A stretch of 64,000 nucleotides of DNA, from NCBI GenBank assembly GCA_965222605.1, contig OZ244960.1:3744001-3808000 (forward strand), written 5' to 3'. Positions 1 through 10,980 of this stretch are shown one piece after another (position 1 is the stretch's first letter; each line of letters starts with the position of its first letter). The translations under genes and the position numbers were made by a program. The notes under the pieces were generated by a model that was not told the origin of the DNA, ran no database searches, and worked only from the letters and a program-made list of their open reading frames with translations. The stretch is from Candidatus Latescibacterota bacterium (GTDB lineage: Bacteria > Latescibacterota > UBA2968).

Positions 1-2
1 TG

Positions 3-893
3 TTGGGATGTGATGAGGCGCAGATCGTCAATGCATTGTCTCAGGTGTGGTGCGATTTGGGTCCTTTGCGAACTTATCGCCATGCACCCAATACTGGATC
101 GCGCAAGAGTTGGGCGGCGGGAGATGCTACTGCACGTGGCGTGTTTTTGGCATTGCAGACAAGACGCGGCGAAATGGGATATCCAAAGGCATTGTCTGCA
201 CCCGTATGGGGTTTTTACGACCGATTGTGGAATGGGGACCGGTTTCAGTTTCAACGTTTGTATGGTTCTTATGTGATGGAAAACGTTTTGTTCAAAGTGT
301 CTTTTCCTGCCGAATTTCACGCACAAACAGCGGTAGAAGCTGCGTTTGCGTTGCACAATGAGGTGGCACCGCGTTTGGAGGCTGTCGAGCGGGTGGTGAT
401 CGAGACGCACGAAGCCGCTATAAAAATTATCGATAAGACCGGTCCGCTGTACAATCCAGCAGATCGGGATCACTGTTTGCAATATATGGTGGCTATAGGG
501 CTGATTTCTGGCGTTTTGACCGCAGATGACTACGAAGAGGAGCGCGCAGATGACGAGCGTATTGATGCGTTGAGAGAGAAGATGGTGGTGACAGAAAACG
601 CGCGGTTTACGCGGGATTATCACGACCCACACAAGCGGTCAATTGCCAATACTGTGCAGGTGTTTTTCAAAGATGGATCGGCGACAGAGGCCGTGACGGT
701 TGAATATCCCATTGGGCATCGAAGAAGGCGGCAGGAGGCCGCGCCCTTGTTGGTGGAAAAGTTTGTGAAAAATATGACGACGCGGTTTGAGATGCGGCAG
801 GTGCAAGATATGTTGGCTGTGTTTGAAGGTTCGGATTTGGATACCATGCGCGTGTGGGAATTTATGGATATGTTGCACATCCGCGCGTCTTAA
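3..893 (+). CDS. prpD: 2-methylcitrate dehydratase (5' truncated by window edge)
   Basis: [48 protein letters not shown] and [11 protein letters not shown] are PrpD motifs. Confidence 0.93.
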   Translation: MGCDEAQIVNALSQVWCDLGPLRTYRHAPNTGSRKSWAAGDATARGVFLALQTRRGEMGYPKALSAPVWGFYDRLWNGDRFQFQRLYGSYVMENVLFKVSFPAEFHAQTAVEAAFALHNEVAPRLEAVERVVIETHEAAIKIIDKTGPLYNPADRDHCLQYMVAIGLISGVLTADDYEEERADDERIDALREKMVVTENARFTRDYHDPHKRSIANTVQVFFKDGSATEAVTVEYPIGHRRRRQEAAPLLVEKFVKNMTTRFEMRQVQDMLAVFEGSDLDTMRVWEFMDMLHIRAS

Positions 894-908
894 ATAGCGT
901 ATTTCCTA

Positions 909-937
909 TTGCACAATGGCGGGGTTCTGACTACATT
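909..937 (+). promoter_or_regulatory. sigma70-type promoter for the yebC-ruv operon
   Basis: TTGCAC-N17-TACATT upstream of the AAGGAG RBS. Confidence 0.5.
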
Positions 938-989
938 TGGATTGGGATATGGGATGTGAGAATACCACTGAATAAAGGAGTACGGCAGA

Positions 990-1739
990 ATGGCTGGACA
1001 TTCTAAATGGGCAAATATCAAGCATCGCAAGGGCCGTCAGGACGCGGCCCGAGGCAAAGCGTTTACCAAACTGATTCGAGAGATTACTGTGGCAGCCCGC
1101 GAGGGTGGCGGCGATGAAGCGAATAACCCTCGTCTGCGTGCGGCTGTCTCAGGTGCCAGGGCAGAAAATATGCCCATGATCAATATTGAGCGCGCGATTA
1201 AAAAGGGTACGGGAGAGCTTGAAGGCGAGTCTTATGAAGGTGCGATTTACGAGGGATATGGACCGGGCGGTGTGGCCGTGTTTGTTGAAACGCTGACAGA
1301 TAATCGAAATCGCACGGTATCTGAAGTGCGGCATTTGTTTAGCAAATACAATGGCAGTATGGCCGAAAGTGGTTCTGTGGCTTGGGTGTTTGAGCAAAAG
1401 GGTCTGATTTCTGTGTCCAAAGAGGGCGTGGAAGAAGAAGAGATGATGCTGATAGCTTTAGATGCTGGTGCCGAGGATATTGCAGAAGAAGAGAATATCT
1501 ATGAAGTTTATGCATCCCTGCCCGATTTTGAAAGCGTTCGCAAAGCGATTGAAGATGCGGGTGTCGAAATTGAGCGCGCTGAATTGACGCGCGTTCCGCA
1601 AAATACCGTGCCCGTTGAAGGCAAAACCGCGCAGCAATTATTGGCCTTGATGGAAATGCTCGAAGACAATGACGATGTGCAGCGGGTATATGCCAATTTT
1701 GAGATTGACGACAAAGAATTAGCAGTCCTGACAGTTTGA
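990..1739 (+). CDS. yebC: YebC/PmpR family protein
   Basis: [37 protein letters not shown]; typical position before ruvC. Confidence 0.96.
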   Translation: MAGHSKWANIKHRKGRQDAARGKAFTKLIREITVAAREGGGDEANNPRLRAAVSGARAENMPMINIERAIKKGTGELEGESYEGAIYEGYGPGGVAVFVETLTDNRNRTVSEVRHLFSKYNGSMAESGSVAWVFEQKGLISVSKEGVEEEEMMLIALDAGAEDIAEEENIYEVYASLPDFESVRKAIEDAGVEIERAELTRVPQNTVPVEGKTAQQLLALMEMLEDNDDVQRVYANFEIDDKELAVLTV

Positions 1740-1828
1740 TTTCCCCCTCCCAAATTTCTTGTCAGTCCCAGCCCGCTAGCTCCCCAGTTCACACTTCCTA
1801 CTTCACACTTCCACGAAAGGTGGTCCGC

Positions 1829-2449
1829 GTGATCATTCTGGGTATTGATCCGGGTAGTGTGGTGACTGGTTTTGGTCTGGTTGAGCACCAGAACCGGAAA
1901 AATCGGTTGCTGCAATGCGGCTGTATTCGGCCCGGTAACAAATTGTCTTTCCCCCGGCGCTTGCTTTATATCTACGATCACTTGCTCGCACTGGTCGCGG
2001 ATGCAGGCCCACATGAAGTCGCGCTTGAATCTGTTTTTTACGGTGTCAATACGCAATCGCTGATTAAGTTGTGTCAGGCGCGAGGGGCTATTGTGACGGC
2101 TCTGGCCAATTCCGATCTGCCCATTTCTGAATACGCGCCCCGCGAAGTAAAAAAAGCCGTTGTGGGCCGGGGCAGTGCGTCCAAAGAACAGGTGCAATTT
2201 ATGATCCAGCGGTTATTTGGCAAAAATGCACTGGATCAGACACTCGATGCGACAGATGCCGTGGCGATTGCCCTGTGCCACGCGCATCAGAAGGTTGCCG
2301 CGCGAGGGCCTGGAATACGGGAAAATAAACTGGCAGAGAAAATCGAGGCATTGAAGCAGGACGGCAGAGAACAAAGTCGATTTGATGAAAAACTCAAAGA
2401 AATCGGCGTGAATGCGAAGTCGCGGCGGCGATTGACAGGAGGGCGGTAA
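1829..2449 (+). CDS. ruvC: Holliday junction resolvase RuvC with basic C-terminal extension
   Basis: ILGIDPGS...TGFG, ALESVF, EYAPREVKKAVVG, DATDAVAIALCH; GTG start at 1829 after GAAAGG. Confidence 0.95.
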   Translation: MIILGIDPGSVVTGFGLVEHQNRKNRLLQCGCIRPGNKLSFPRRLLYIYDHLLALVADAGPHEVALESVFYGVNTQSLIKLCQARGAIVTALANSDLPISEYAPREVKKAVVGRGSASKEQVQFMIQRLFGKNALDQTLDATDAVAIALCHAHQKVAARGPGIRENKLAEKIEALKQDGREQSRFDEKLKEIGVNAKSRRRLTGGR

Positions 2450-2453
2450 TAAG

Positions 2454-3050
2454 ATGATTGCGTTTTTAGAAGGGCGACTGGTCGAAAAACATCCGACCCA
2501 TGTCATTGTCGATGTTCAAGGCGTGGGGTATCACGTCAATATTTCACTGTCGAGTTATGAATCGCTTTTGGTTGAGGATGGGCGCGTCAATGTGCTTACG
2601 CATCTCTATGTGAGGGAAGACGCGATGACGCTTTACGGATTTGCCTCGGTGTCCGAGCGCGATTTGTTTGAACGCCTGATTGGGGTTTCGGGTATTGGGC
2701 CACCGATGGCATTGAAAATTTTGTCCGGTATTCCCATTGCCGATTTCAGGCGGTTGGTTGCCGCAGAAGATGCTCAAGGGTTGACGCGCATCAAGGGTAT
2801 TGGTCAAAAACTCGCGCAGCGTCTGGTGCTGGAAATGAAGGACAAAATTGGCGATATTGCGCCAGAAGATTTTACATCCGATGCCGTGGGGCATGCAGAT
2901 CCGGATGTATTAGACGAAGCCGCTGCTGCCCTATCGGGTTTGGGCGCGAATCCGGTGCAGGCGCGCAAAATTGTTGCGACTGTTTTGCAGGAGATGGGCG
3001 ACGACGCGCCGATTGAGGAAGTGATTAGGCGGGCATTGAGGAGTATTTAG
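2454..3050 (+). CDS. ruvA: Holliday junction branch migration protein RuvA
   Basis: [25 protein letters not shown], HhH motifs GVSGIGP and IKGIGQK. Confidence 0.96.
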   Translation: MIAFLEGRLVEKHPTHVIVDVQGVGYHVNISLSSYESLLVEDGRVNVLTHLYVREDAMTLYGFASVSERDLFERLIGVSGIGPPMALKILSGIPIADFRRLVAAEDAQGLTRIKGIGQKLAQRLVLEMKDKIGDIAPEDFTSDAVGHADPDVLDEAAAALSGLGANPVQARKIVATVLQEMGDDAPIEEVIRRALRSI

Positions 3051-3070
3051 CAGTCATAAGGCCAACTTTT

Positions 3071-4096
3071 ATGGATGAACGATTTACCGATCCCGAATTT
3101 CAGGATGGCGACGAACTCGAGCGCGATCAGCGGATTCGTCCGATTCGATTTGACGATATGGTCGGGCAAGAAAAGGTGAAGACGAATTTGCGTATTGCTG
3201 TGGAGGCTGCGCGTCATCGCAATGAGGCTATGGATCACATTTTGTTGCACGGGCCTCCCGGCCTGGGCAAGACCACTCTGGCTTATGTGATAGCGCACGA
3301 GCTTGGGGTTGAAATTCAGGTGGCATCGGGGCCGATACTGGAACGCCCGGCTGATCTGGCGGGGATTTTGACGAATTTGAATGAGCGCGATGTGCTGTTT
3401 GTCGACGAGATCCATCGCATGAATCGGGTGGTAGAAGAACATCTGTATTCGGCAATGGAGGATTTTACGCTGGATATTATGATCGATAGCGGGCCGAGTG
3501 CCAGGTCGTATCAAATTCCGCTGGAACCCTTTACTCTGGTGGGCGCAACAACGCGAATGGGACTGCTCACAGCGCCGATGCGAACGCGCTTTGGTTTGCT
3601 GGAGCGGCTGGATTTTTACGCCCCCGAGGAGTTGCAGGCCATTGTGGTGAGGGCTGCGCGTATTTTGGGTATTGAGATTGAAGAGGATGCCGCGCGTGTG
3701 ATTGCCCACAGGTCGCGGGGAACAGCGCGCATTGCCGGGCGTCAGTTGTCGCGGTCTCGCGATTATGCACAGGCACGTGCCGATGGGATGATTACAGAAG
3801 AAGTTGCGGTTAAGGCACTGGCGTTGTTGGGGGTGGATGCAAAGGGGTTGGATGAAATGGATCGGCGATTATTGGAAACGCTGATCGATAAATTCGACGG
3901 GGGTCCCGTTGGTTTGAATAATTTGGGGGCTGCGCTGAGTGAAGAGACAGATACGCTCGAGGAGGTGTATGAACCCTATCTGATTCAGGAGGGGTTCCTG
4001 GTGCGCACGCATCGGGGGCGCCAGGCGACGGCGCGGGCGTATTTGCATTTGGGGAAAACGCCTCCGGAAGAGGGGTCACAAAATACGTTGTTTTGA
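3071..4096 (+). CDS. ruvB: Holliday junction branch migration helicase RuvB
   Basis: [33 protein letters not shown]. Confidence 0.97.
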   Translation: MDERFTDPEFQDGDELERDQRIRPIRFDDMVGQEKVKTNLRIAVEAARHRNEAMDHILLHGPPGLGKTTLAYVIAHELGVEIQVASGPILERPADLAGILTNLNERDVLFVDEIHRMNRVVEEHLYSAMEDFTLDIMIDSGPSARSYQIPLEPFTLVGATTRMGLLTAPMRTRFGLLERLDFYAPEELQAIVVRAARILGIEIEEDAARVIAHRSRGTARIAGRQLSRSRDYAQARADGMITEEVAVKALALLGVDAKGLDEMDRRLLETLIDKFDGGPVGLNNLGAALSEETDTLEEVYEPYLIQEGFLVRTHRGRQATARAYLHLGKTPPEEGSQNTLF

Positions 4097-4800
4097 GGTA
4101 TTGCAAGTTGACAAAAATTTTGGGTATTGAGACTTCAACACCGGTATGCAGTGTGGCTTTGGCCTGCGATGCACGCGTGGTTGTGGAATACACTTTGGAA
4201 TTGGGGTCACATCATTCGGAACGGTTGCAGCCGATGATTGAGATGGTGTTGCGAGAGGCGGGTGTAAGTGTTGGCGATCTGGATGGCGTGGCTGTGGCTG
4301 CTGGTCCCGGCTCGTTTACGGGGTTGCGTATCGGTATGGGCCTGGCGAAGGGGTTGTGTCGCGGTGCCGATCTTGTGTTTGTGCGCGTATCAACCCTTGC
4401 GGGCATGGCTTTTGGGGCAGGGGTAGAAGGGATGCCTGTTTGTCCAATGCTGGACGCTCGGCGAGGCGATGTGTATGCGGGGGTATATGATCTCGTGGCG
4501 GGGGATCCGATTTCGAGAATGCCCGATCGCGCAGATGCGGTTTCCAATTGGATCACACATCTGCCGCGTCCCGTGACCGTGGTGGGAGATGGCGCCTGGG
4601 CGCATCGCGATGTTATTGTCAATGCTTTGGGGCGAGATGCGTATTTTGTAAACGCAGCTCTGGGCCGCCCCACTGCTGGGGCTGTTGCCCTGCTGGGTCA
4701 GGCGCGTTGCGAACGGGGAGAGGTGGATGATATGGAGATGGCCGAGCCTTTTTATTTGCGGCGAACACAAGCAGAGCGCGTGCGAGGATTTGACAGGTGA
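4093..4800 (+). CDS. tsaB: tRNA t6A biosynthesis protein TsaB
   Basis: [38 protein letters not shown]. Confidence 0.93.
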   Translation: MRYCKLTKILGIETSTPVCSVALACDARVVVEYTLELGSHHSERLQPMIEMVLREAGVSVGDLDGVAVAAGPGSFTGLRIGMGLAKGLCRGADLVFVRVSTLAGMAFGAGVEGMPVCPMLDARRGDVYAGVYDLVAGDPISRMPDRADAVSNWITHLPRPVTVVGDGAWAHRDVIVNALGRDAYFVNAALGRPTAGAVALLGQARCERGEVDDMEMAEPFYLRRTQAERVRGFDR

Positions 4801-5303
4801 TGGATAATCCGATGACGCCCGTGCTGGTGCAGATGATCCCTTCGCATCTCAGATGGGTTGTAAAAATTGAAAGGGCTGTTTTTCCCTCTCCATGGAAATG
4901 CCGCGATTTTGAGTTTGCGCGGGATCGCAAAAACGGCTTTTGCTGGGTGGTTATGGTGGAGCGCGAGATTGTGGGCTATGTCGTGGGTTTTTTGATTGAT
5001 CGGGAATTTCATCTGGCGAATTTCGCTATTGCGCCTGATTTTCAACAGAGGGGATTGGGAAGAAAGACGATAGAAGCTGTATTTGATCTGTTGGAGACAA
5101 AGGCGCGCGTGGTATCTCTGGAAGTGCGTATGTCCAATTGGGTTGCGATTGATCTCTATAAGAAGATGGGGTTTGAGACCATGGCGATTAGAAAAGCGTA
5201 TTATACACACCCTCGCGAAGATGCGCTCGTGATGTTAAAACCGCTCAATACCCGATTATCCGATTGGGTGTCGCAGATGTTTCAAAGCAAGCAGGGCGTT
5301 TAA
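4797..5303 (+). CDS. rimI: Ribosomal-protein-alanine N-acetyltransferase
   Basis: FPSPW, QQRGLG, LEVRMSN..AIDLYKKMGF, RKAYY..PREDALVM; follows tsaB. Confidence 0.88.
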   Translation: MMDNPMTPVLVQMIPSHLRWVVKIERAVFPSPWKCRDFEFARDRKNGFCWVVMVEREIVGYVVGFLIDREFHLANFAIAPDFQQRGLGRKTIEAVFDLLETKARVVSLEVRMSNWVAIDLYKKMGFETMAIRKAYYTHPREDALVMLKPLNTRLSDWVSQMFQSKQGV

Positions 5304-7259
5304 TTAGTCTCCCCAAAACAGATTGTGCCCTTGCCCGGGGAACCAGATGAGATCGACGCTCATGCTCACAATAAGCGATAGGGTGTATCCCACAATCATG
5401 CCGAAGAAAAAGGGTTTTGCCCTGCGATATAGTGCGATTCCTCCCAGGCGAAAAATAACAAATTTAATCAGCCAGGTCAGAAATATGGATAAAATAGCGG
5501 TGCGCGCCGAATAAAAGGTTACTACTGTAAAACCGATGGGATGGAGAGGCCACCAGGTGAACCGGTATTGGCACAGGGTTAAGATGCCCATTGCCAATGC
5601 GCCAAATACCGTAAATGCCATCCGAAGAACGTAATGGGTTTCTTTGCCAATGTCGCGGATGGACGATACAATGCCATCGTAATAACGCGGCGCGGCAACC
5701 CGAAACATGTACGAGCCAAAATTAAACGCGCCATCGGTATAGCCCAGATAAATTGTGGATGCGGCTGCTGCAATGAGCGAAAACACAAATGCAAATGCGA
5801 TGGTCAAGCCCAATACACGCGCCCGATTGCCCAGGCCGATACTCAACCGCGCGGCATGGGCGGCAGCGGGCATGGTAAAACTTTTGCCATTTTGATACAT
5901 GCTGCCCACTTGTTGCCGCACGACAATTGTGTTTGATGACAGTGAATCGGGGGGTGCGAATCCCATAATGCCCGTGCCCAGGCTGCTGGGCGATTCCAGG
6001 AATACGAGTCCGGTCATTGCTACGATTTTGGCAAATCCGGTGTAGAAAATAAACCAGAATACCGCGACCAATACCGCCCAAAATGGTGTCATCCCACCTT
6101 TGAACAACCAGAACATGATAAATAGCGCACAGGCGAGAAATGTGGTGACCGCTGTGCGGTAGGACATCAATTCGTTCCGGTCGTCCATATTTTTGGTCTG
6201 TCGAAATGCCTGTTGAAAGACTGCTTTCAGGTGGTGCCGCGCAATCCACAATCCCCACAGACAAAAGACGATAAATCCCCCCAATGCTTGCTGTCGCGTG
6301 CCGGCGAATTCGCCAAGGCCCTCGGCCAGGCCCAGGCGATTGGTCATCCCTATTTGTAGCCAGGTGAATATCCAGAATACCCAGATCGAAAATAAGACCT
6401 GCAAATCGGTAAAGTACGCAAATCCGATAATCAAAAAGTTGAGCCGTCCGTGCAAGAACGGCACGTATCGTCCCAATGAGATCGTGTGATTCTGAATCCC
6501 CACGGTAATCACGGGGAAGCTGGGGTCGAAGTAGCCGATGATGTACCACAGGACGATAACTGAGGGAATGGAAAAGCCAGCCCAGAATAGCGGCTGTTTC
6601 ATATATTCGGGAAATCCTTTTGGCCCCGCTGTTTCTGCCAATTCTTCGGCGACTTGTGCAAAGGGAAATGGCAACCGCTCTTGCTCGACCCATTGCCGGC
6701 GCAAGATCGTTGCCAATGCGACTGATCCCAGGCCAAGCGCAGCGATAAAGCTCAGCCACCAGAATGTGGGGCGTATCCAGATTGCCCAGGGAATTGTTGC
6801 GTTGCGAGGCAGGCCCTCGTAAAACCAGGCCAGTTGCTCTTCGGCATCTTCGACTACGAGATAGGGTTGAACGAGGCCAAAGACGTATTCTTCCCAGAGA
6901 TTTTCCGGCGTTGCCATGTAGTGCATTACGGCATAAGTCGCCAGTACGCGCCCCAGCAGTTCATTGATGGACATGCTCACGTAGCCCACGGCAAAAATGA
7001 AGATCAATTCCCAGGGTTGTAATGCACATCCCAGAGCGCGTAGCGTGGGATTTACGATAAAGATCAGTACCAAAAATGGCATAAAAATACCCATCGGTAT
7101 CATGCCTTCGACCAGTGATATGGTGTGCATGTAATGATGGGTATAGGGAATGATTGCGTTTATTGATACCGTGATAAACACGGCCAATGCAATTGCCCAC
7201 CAGGGCGATCGTTGCGTCAGGGATTGGGATTGGTGAATGTCGGTAGCACGAATTGACAC
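5304..7259 (-). CDS. Polytopic membrane protein, DUF6785/DUF6784-type putative peptide transporter
   Basis: Many TM segments; RRQWVEQERLPFP, WPLHPIGF and GGIALYRRAKPFFFG motifs. Confidence 0.7.
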   Translation of the reverse strand: MSIRATDIHQSQSLTQRSPWWAIALAVFITVSINAIIPYTHHYMHTISLVEGMIPMGIFMPFLVLIFIVNPTLRALGCALQPWELIFIFAVGYVSMSINELLGRVLATYAVMHYMATPENLWEEYVFGLVQPYLVVEDAEEQLAWFYEGLPRNATIPWAIWIRPTFWWLSFIAALGLGSVALATILRRQWVEQERLPFPFAQVAEELAETAGPKGFPEYMKQPLFWAGFSIPSVIVLWYIIGYFDPSFPVITVGIQNHTISLGRYVPFLHGRLNFLIIGFAYFTDLQVLFSIWVFWIFTWLQIGMTNRLGLAEGLGEFAGTRQQALGGFIVFCLWGLWIARHHLKAVFQQAFRQTKNMDDRNELMSYRTAVTTFLACALFIMFWLFKGGMTPFWAVLVAVFWFIFYTGFAKIVAMTGLVFLESPSSLGTGIMGFAPPDSLSSNTIVVRQQVGSMYQNGKSFTMPAAAHAARLSIGLGNRARVLGLTIAFAFVFSLIAAAASTIYLGYTDGAFNFGSYMFRVAAPRYYDGIVSSIRDIGKETHYVLRMAFTVFGALAMGILTLCQYRFTWWPLHPIGFTVVTFYSARTAILSIFLTWLIKFVIFRLGGIALYRRAKPFFFGMIVGYTLSLIVSMSVDLIWFPGQGHNLFWGD

Positions 7260-7265
7260 AATAGA

Positions 7266-8312
7266 TCAGGCTCCTTCTCCCGGAAATCCCTCTTTTCTAA
7301 TGCGTTCGCCCACTGCGAGCAATACGGGCACATCTTTTTCATCGAGTGATCCATCGGGCAGGGGACCGGAATTTAGCAATAAATTGCAACCGCCTTCCTG
7401 CGCTGTTGTCAATGCCTTCCAAACTTCTTCCTCATCTTTGTGGTGGCCTCCTTCGGCGAGATAGCCCCACGATACGCCCTTCCCACCTGGTCCAGAGCAC
7501 ATTGTCGTACAAATTTCCATGGGTTTGTGTGCCTGTTCTACGGCCTGATGTTCAGGTGCCTGAAAGTCTTCGGTGCCCAGCAAGCCCTGTTTGTAGGAGA
7601 CGAGTACCTGTGGTTGCATGTTGTGAATATAGTCGTAGAGTTCCTGACACTTAAATTTTGTGTTGTCGCCGTTGTTGAGAACGCCAATCCCATCCAGCCA
7701 GATTGCAGCTACGGGACCGTAATTTGTGAGTAGTTCTGTAATTTGCGCCTGCATAAAATCGAGATAGATTTGCAAGTTGTGCGCCGAACCCGTAGCATAG
7801 CTCGGTTCGGGTGGGTCGTATTTGGGTCTTGCTTGCCCCCCCCATTCGTCATTGTTGGGGGCATGTGGATGTTTCCAATCCCGTCCATGGGAATAGTACA
7901 AACACAAGCCGAGTGCGTGTCGATCACATGCTTCGGCCAGTTCTTTGATCAAGTCGCGGCCCGCCGGGGCATTGACACTGTTAAAATCCGTTTCCGCTGT
8001 GTCGAATAAGCAAAATGAATCGTGATGTCGCGTGGTGATATTGATGTATTTCATTTCGCAGTCAACGGCAAATTGTGCTATGCGCTCGGCATCGAAATTT
8101 TCAGCGGTAAAGTCGTTGATGAGTTTTGCATATTCGGCAACGGGAATGAGTTCTCGCAATTGCACCCATTCGTGCCGACCTATCAGAGAGTACAATCCAT
8201 AGTGTAAAAATAAACCGTAACGGGCCTCGCGGAACCATTGCAGTGCGGCAGCACGCGGATTATTGGCGTAAAGGTCGGCGTAATTTTTCAAATAATTGGG
8301 AGTATTGCTCAT
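7266..8312 (-). CDS. Alpha-L-fucosidase (GH29)
   Basis: WFREARYGLFLHYGLYS, TTRHHDSFCLFD, ELLTNYG..IWLDG, NLLLNSGPLPDG. Confidence 0.88.
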   Translation of the reverse strand: MSNTPNYLKNYADLYANNPRAAALQWFREARYGLFLHYGLYSLIGRHEWVQLRELIPVAEYAKLINDFTAENFDAERIAQFAVDCEMKYINITTRHHDSFCLFDTAETDFNSVNAPAGRDLIKELAEACDRHALGLCLYYSHGRDWKHPHAPNNDEWGGQARPKYDPPEPSYATGSAHNLQIYLDFMQAQITELLTNYGPVAAIWLDGIGVLNNGDNTKFKCQELYDYIHNMQPQVLVSYKQGLLGTEDFQAPEHQAVEQAHKPMEICTTMCSGPGGKGVSWGYLAEGGHHKDEEEVWKALTTAQEGGCNLLLNSGPLPDGSLDEKDVPVLLAVGERIRKEGFPGEGA

Positions 8313-8346
8313 GAGGATCTCCGCTGGTAAGTGGGTTCAGAATCGT

Positions 8347-9285
8347 CTATGCTTGTAAGAATTCAGGTACGCTGAAATACCGCTCGCCCGAGTCGCAGAT
8401 TATAGTTGCGACTCGCTTTCCCGGACCCAGGTCGCGGGCAATTTGCAGGGCAGCGAATACATTTGCCCCGGCTGATATGCCGGCCAGGATGCCTTCTTCG
8501 CGACCCAGTTTGCGAGCTGTTTTAATGGCGTCTTCATCGCGTACACATATTAGGGCGTCAAAAATATTGCGGTTGAGTACTGAGGGAATGAATCCTGCAC
8601 CGATGCCCTGGATGCCGTGTAGGCCGGCTTTTCCGCCCGATAGGACCGGGGATTTGGCGGGTTCGACGGCGATCACGCGTACGTGGTCTAATTCGGCTTT
8701 TAAGACCTCGCCTACACCTGTAATGGTTCCGCCCGTGCCTATTCCGGCTACAAAAGCGTCGAGGTGCCCGTCAACGGCTTCTAATATTTCTCGGGCGGTG
8801 GTTTGGCGGTGTATTTCCGGGTTGGCCGGGTTGTTAAATTGTTGTGGCATAAAGGTGGTTTCGGGTGACTTTTTTACGAGTCGTTCGGCTTCTGAGACGG
8901 CGCCGGACATGTCGAGATCGCCCGGTGTTAATATCAATTCGGCACCGTAACTTTCGAGCAGGTCGCGTCGCTCCCGGCTCATAGAATCGGGCATGGTTAA
9001 AAGCAGGCGATAACCTCGCGCTGTGGCAACCATTGCCAGACCAATGCCCGTGTTGCCGCTGGTCGGTTCGACGATGGTCATGCCCGGTTTTAAGTGTCCG
9101 TCGCGTTCTGCGGCTTCGATCATGGATAGGGCAATGCGGTCTTTTACCGTGCGGGCCGGATTTAGTGATTCCATTTTGACGACGACTTCGGCCATGTCGG
9201 ATGTCGCCAGACTGTTTAAGCGTATCAGGGGCGTGCCGCCGATCAATTGCATGAAATCATCGACAACTGCGTTGTTTTCAGGCAT
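8347..9285 (-). CDS. cysK: Cysteine synthase A
   Basis: KMESLNPARTVKDR (PLP Lys), EPTSGNTGIGLA, GIGTGGT, DSGERY. Confidence 0.92.
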   Translation of the reverse strand: MPENNAVVDDFMQLIGGTPLIRLNSLATSDMAEVVVKMESLNPARTVKDRIALSMIEAAERDGHLKPGMTIVEPTSGNTGIGLAMVATARGYRLLLTMPDSMSRERRDLLESYGAELILTPGDLDMSGAVSEAERLVKKSPETTFMPQQFNNPANPEIHRQTTAREILEAVDGHLDAFVAGIGTGGTITGVGEVLKAELDHVRVIAVEPAKSPVLSGGKAGLHGIQGIGAGFIPSVLNRNIFDALICVRDEDAIKTARKLGREEGILAGISAGANVFAALQIARDLGPGKRVATIICDSGERYFSVPEFLQA

Positions 9286-9300
9286 GTGTTTTTCCTTTTT

Positions 9301-9813
9301 TCACCATCCTCCCACCTGCGTTCGATCTACGACGTCTTTGGTGAGCATGTGCAGCGCATCGCCGATGCCCTTTGTGCGAGCGAGGTCGCGTTGGCTTGCC
9401 GCATCGTAAATGCCGTAACCGCGCATGCGGTCAATTTCCCAGAGTGTTTGCTTTTCCCGCGTATCGTAAAAGGCCATTTTTACAAAGACAGAAATTTGAT
9501 ATTGTTCGGCACCCGGTTGACCGCCATAGGTAAAGGGTTCTTCTTTGATTTCCAGTACAGTGCCTTGCAATACGGCATCGGCCTGGTCTTCTTCGACGAC
9601 GCGCAAGGCCGCATCAGAGACAAATCCCTGAATTAAGCTGTCTGTCAATGCCTGGTGAATACCGGCTTCGAGGCTTTCATTTTCGAGTAGAGGTACAGCG
9701 ACGGAGCGAATGCCACCACTGCCCGTGGCTGATGTGGAATAATAAGCACAACTCAAAGGTAGATACATAATGAGTAGTAAGCAATAAGCTGACCACTTGT
9801 TTGGCGCGCTCAA
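9301..9813 (-). CDS. LptE-like LPS assembly lipoprotein
   Basis: Lipobox LSC, IRSVAVPLLEN, ADAVLQGTV, C-terminal GGW. Confidence 0.7.
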   Translation of the reverse strand: MSAPNKWSAYCLLLIMYLPLSCAYYSTSATGSGGIRSVAVPLLENESLEAGIHQALTDSLIQGFVSDAALRVVEEDQADAVLQGTVLEIKEEPFTYGGQPGAEQYQISVFVKMAFYDTREKQTLWEIDRMRGYGIYDAASQRDLARTKGIGDALHMLTKDVVDRTQVGGW

Positions 9814-10172
9814 CTCTTTTCCTCCACTTCGTTCTCAGAGCTGTTATCTGGTGTCTGTTCCTCTTCTGGTGCTTGATCTTCAGAAGATTCGTCCTTTTTG
9901 AGTTCATCTATATAATTCATTCGCAGTTCAAATAAGGCGTGTTCCAGTAGTCTTTGCTCATTGTCGGTTAAGTTGCCTTTTGTTTTTTCGTCCAGCATGC
10001 CGAGGAGGTCAATCATGTTTTTGGCTTGTTCCAGATTGCGCTCGATCTGGTTGGTCATGGGATTCATCACTTTGCCCAGGTTTTGCAATGCCATGCCTTG
10101 AAACATCATGACCAGTTGCATGAATAGCAGTTCGTTTTGTTGATCTTGTGTCGGAATGTTTTGGTCGGCCAT
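9810..10172 (-). CDS. DUF1844 domain protein
   Basis: LGKVMNP...NLEQAKNMIDLLGMLDEKTKGNLTDNEQRLL..ELRMNY. Confidence 0.85.
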   Translation of the reverse strand: MADQNIPTQDQQNELLFMQLVMMFQGMALQNLGKVMNPMTNQIERNLEQAKNMIDLLGMLDEKTKGNLTDNEQRLLEHALFELRMNYIDELKKDESSEDQAPEEEQTPDNSSENEVEEKS

Positions 10173-10366
10173 TTCTGCGCTCTCCTTCCCGTTTTTGGTT
10201 GCGGATATAATTCCCTAATATTTCAAAACTTCGTATTGATGTCAAGGCGATGTTTGCTGTCTTGTGAATGTACGAGAAATACGCGCTTATCAGGTTGCAC
10301 AAAATTTTGATTGTGGGTATTTTTTATTATTAGCACGTCCAGTCTTTCTTATTCGGAGGATTTTCC

Positions 10367-10972
10367 ATGAGTGCGATTGCATTACAAACAGACCAAAATG
10401 CTCTTACGCTACATTTCGGGCCTGTATTGCGCATGGATAGGCATGAGTTTTTTGAATTCTGCCAGGCCAATCCCGATCTGAGAATGGAACTCACTTGCGA
10501 AGGAGATGTGATCATTATGCCGCCAACAGGGAGCAAATCTGGACAGCGGAACTTTGGACTTATTGGTCAATTTTATGCTTGGATGCAATCTGATGAAACG
10601 GGTTTTGGCTTTGATTCATCCGCGGGGTTCACGCTTCCCAATGGCGCTGTGCGTGTTCCTGATCTGGCGTGGATTCGCAAAGAGCGATGGGAAGTGCTTT
10701 CAGAAGATGAGCAGGAGGAGTTTGCTCCAATTTGTCCCGATTTCGTCGTCGAACTGCTTTCTCGAACGGATCGCCTTGATACCATAAAAGATAAGATGCA
10801 GGAATATATCGATAATGGCGCGCAACTCGGCTGGCTTATCGATCCGAGAGAGAGAAATATTTATGTTTATCGTCCAGATGAAGCGGTTATTTGTCTGTCC
10901 GATCCCGAGGTTGTCTCGGGCGATCCCCTGTTGCCCAATTTTGAACTCGATGTCCGCAGGCTCTGGGAATAG
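10367..10972 (+). CDS. Uma2 family (DUF820) putative endonuclease
   Basis: FDSSAGFTLPNGA, PDLAW, ICPDFVVEL, KMQEYIDNGAQLGWLIDP. Confidence 0.92.
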   Translation: MSAIALQTDQNALTLHFGPVLRMDRHEFFEFCQANPDLRMELTCEGDVIIMPPTGSKSGQRNFGLIGQFYAWMQSDETGFGFDSSAGFTLPNGAVRVPDLAWIRKERWEVLSEDEQEEFAPICPDFVVELLSRTDRLDTIKDKMQEYIDNGAQLGWLIDPRERNIYVYRPDEAVICLSDPEVVSGDPLLPNFELDVRRLWE

Positions 10973-10980
10973 GTAGCGAT

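Noticed and set aside
10367-10972. Uma2 as part of a restriction-modification system
   Set aside because: A solitary member of an abundant family, with no DNA methyltransferase adjacent
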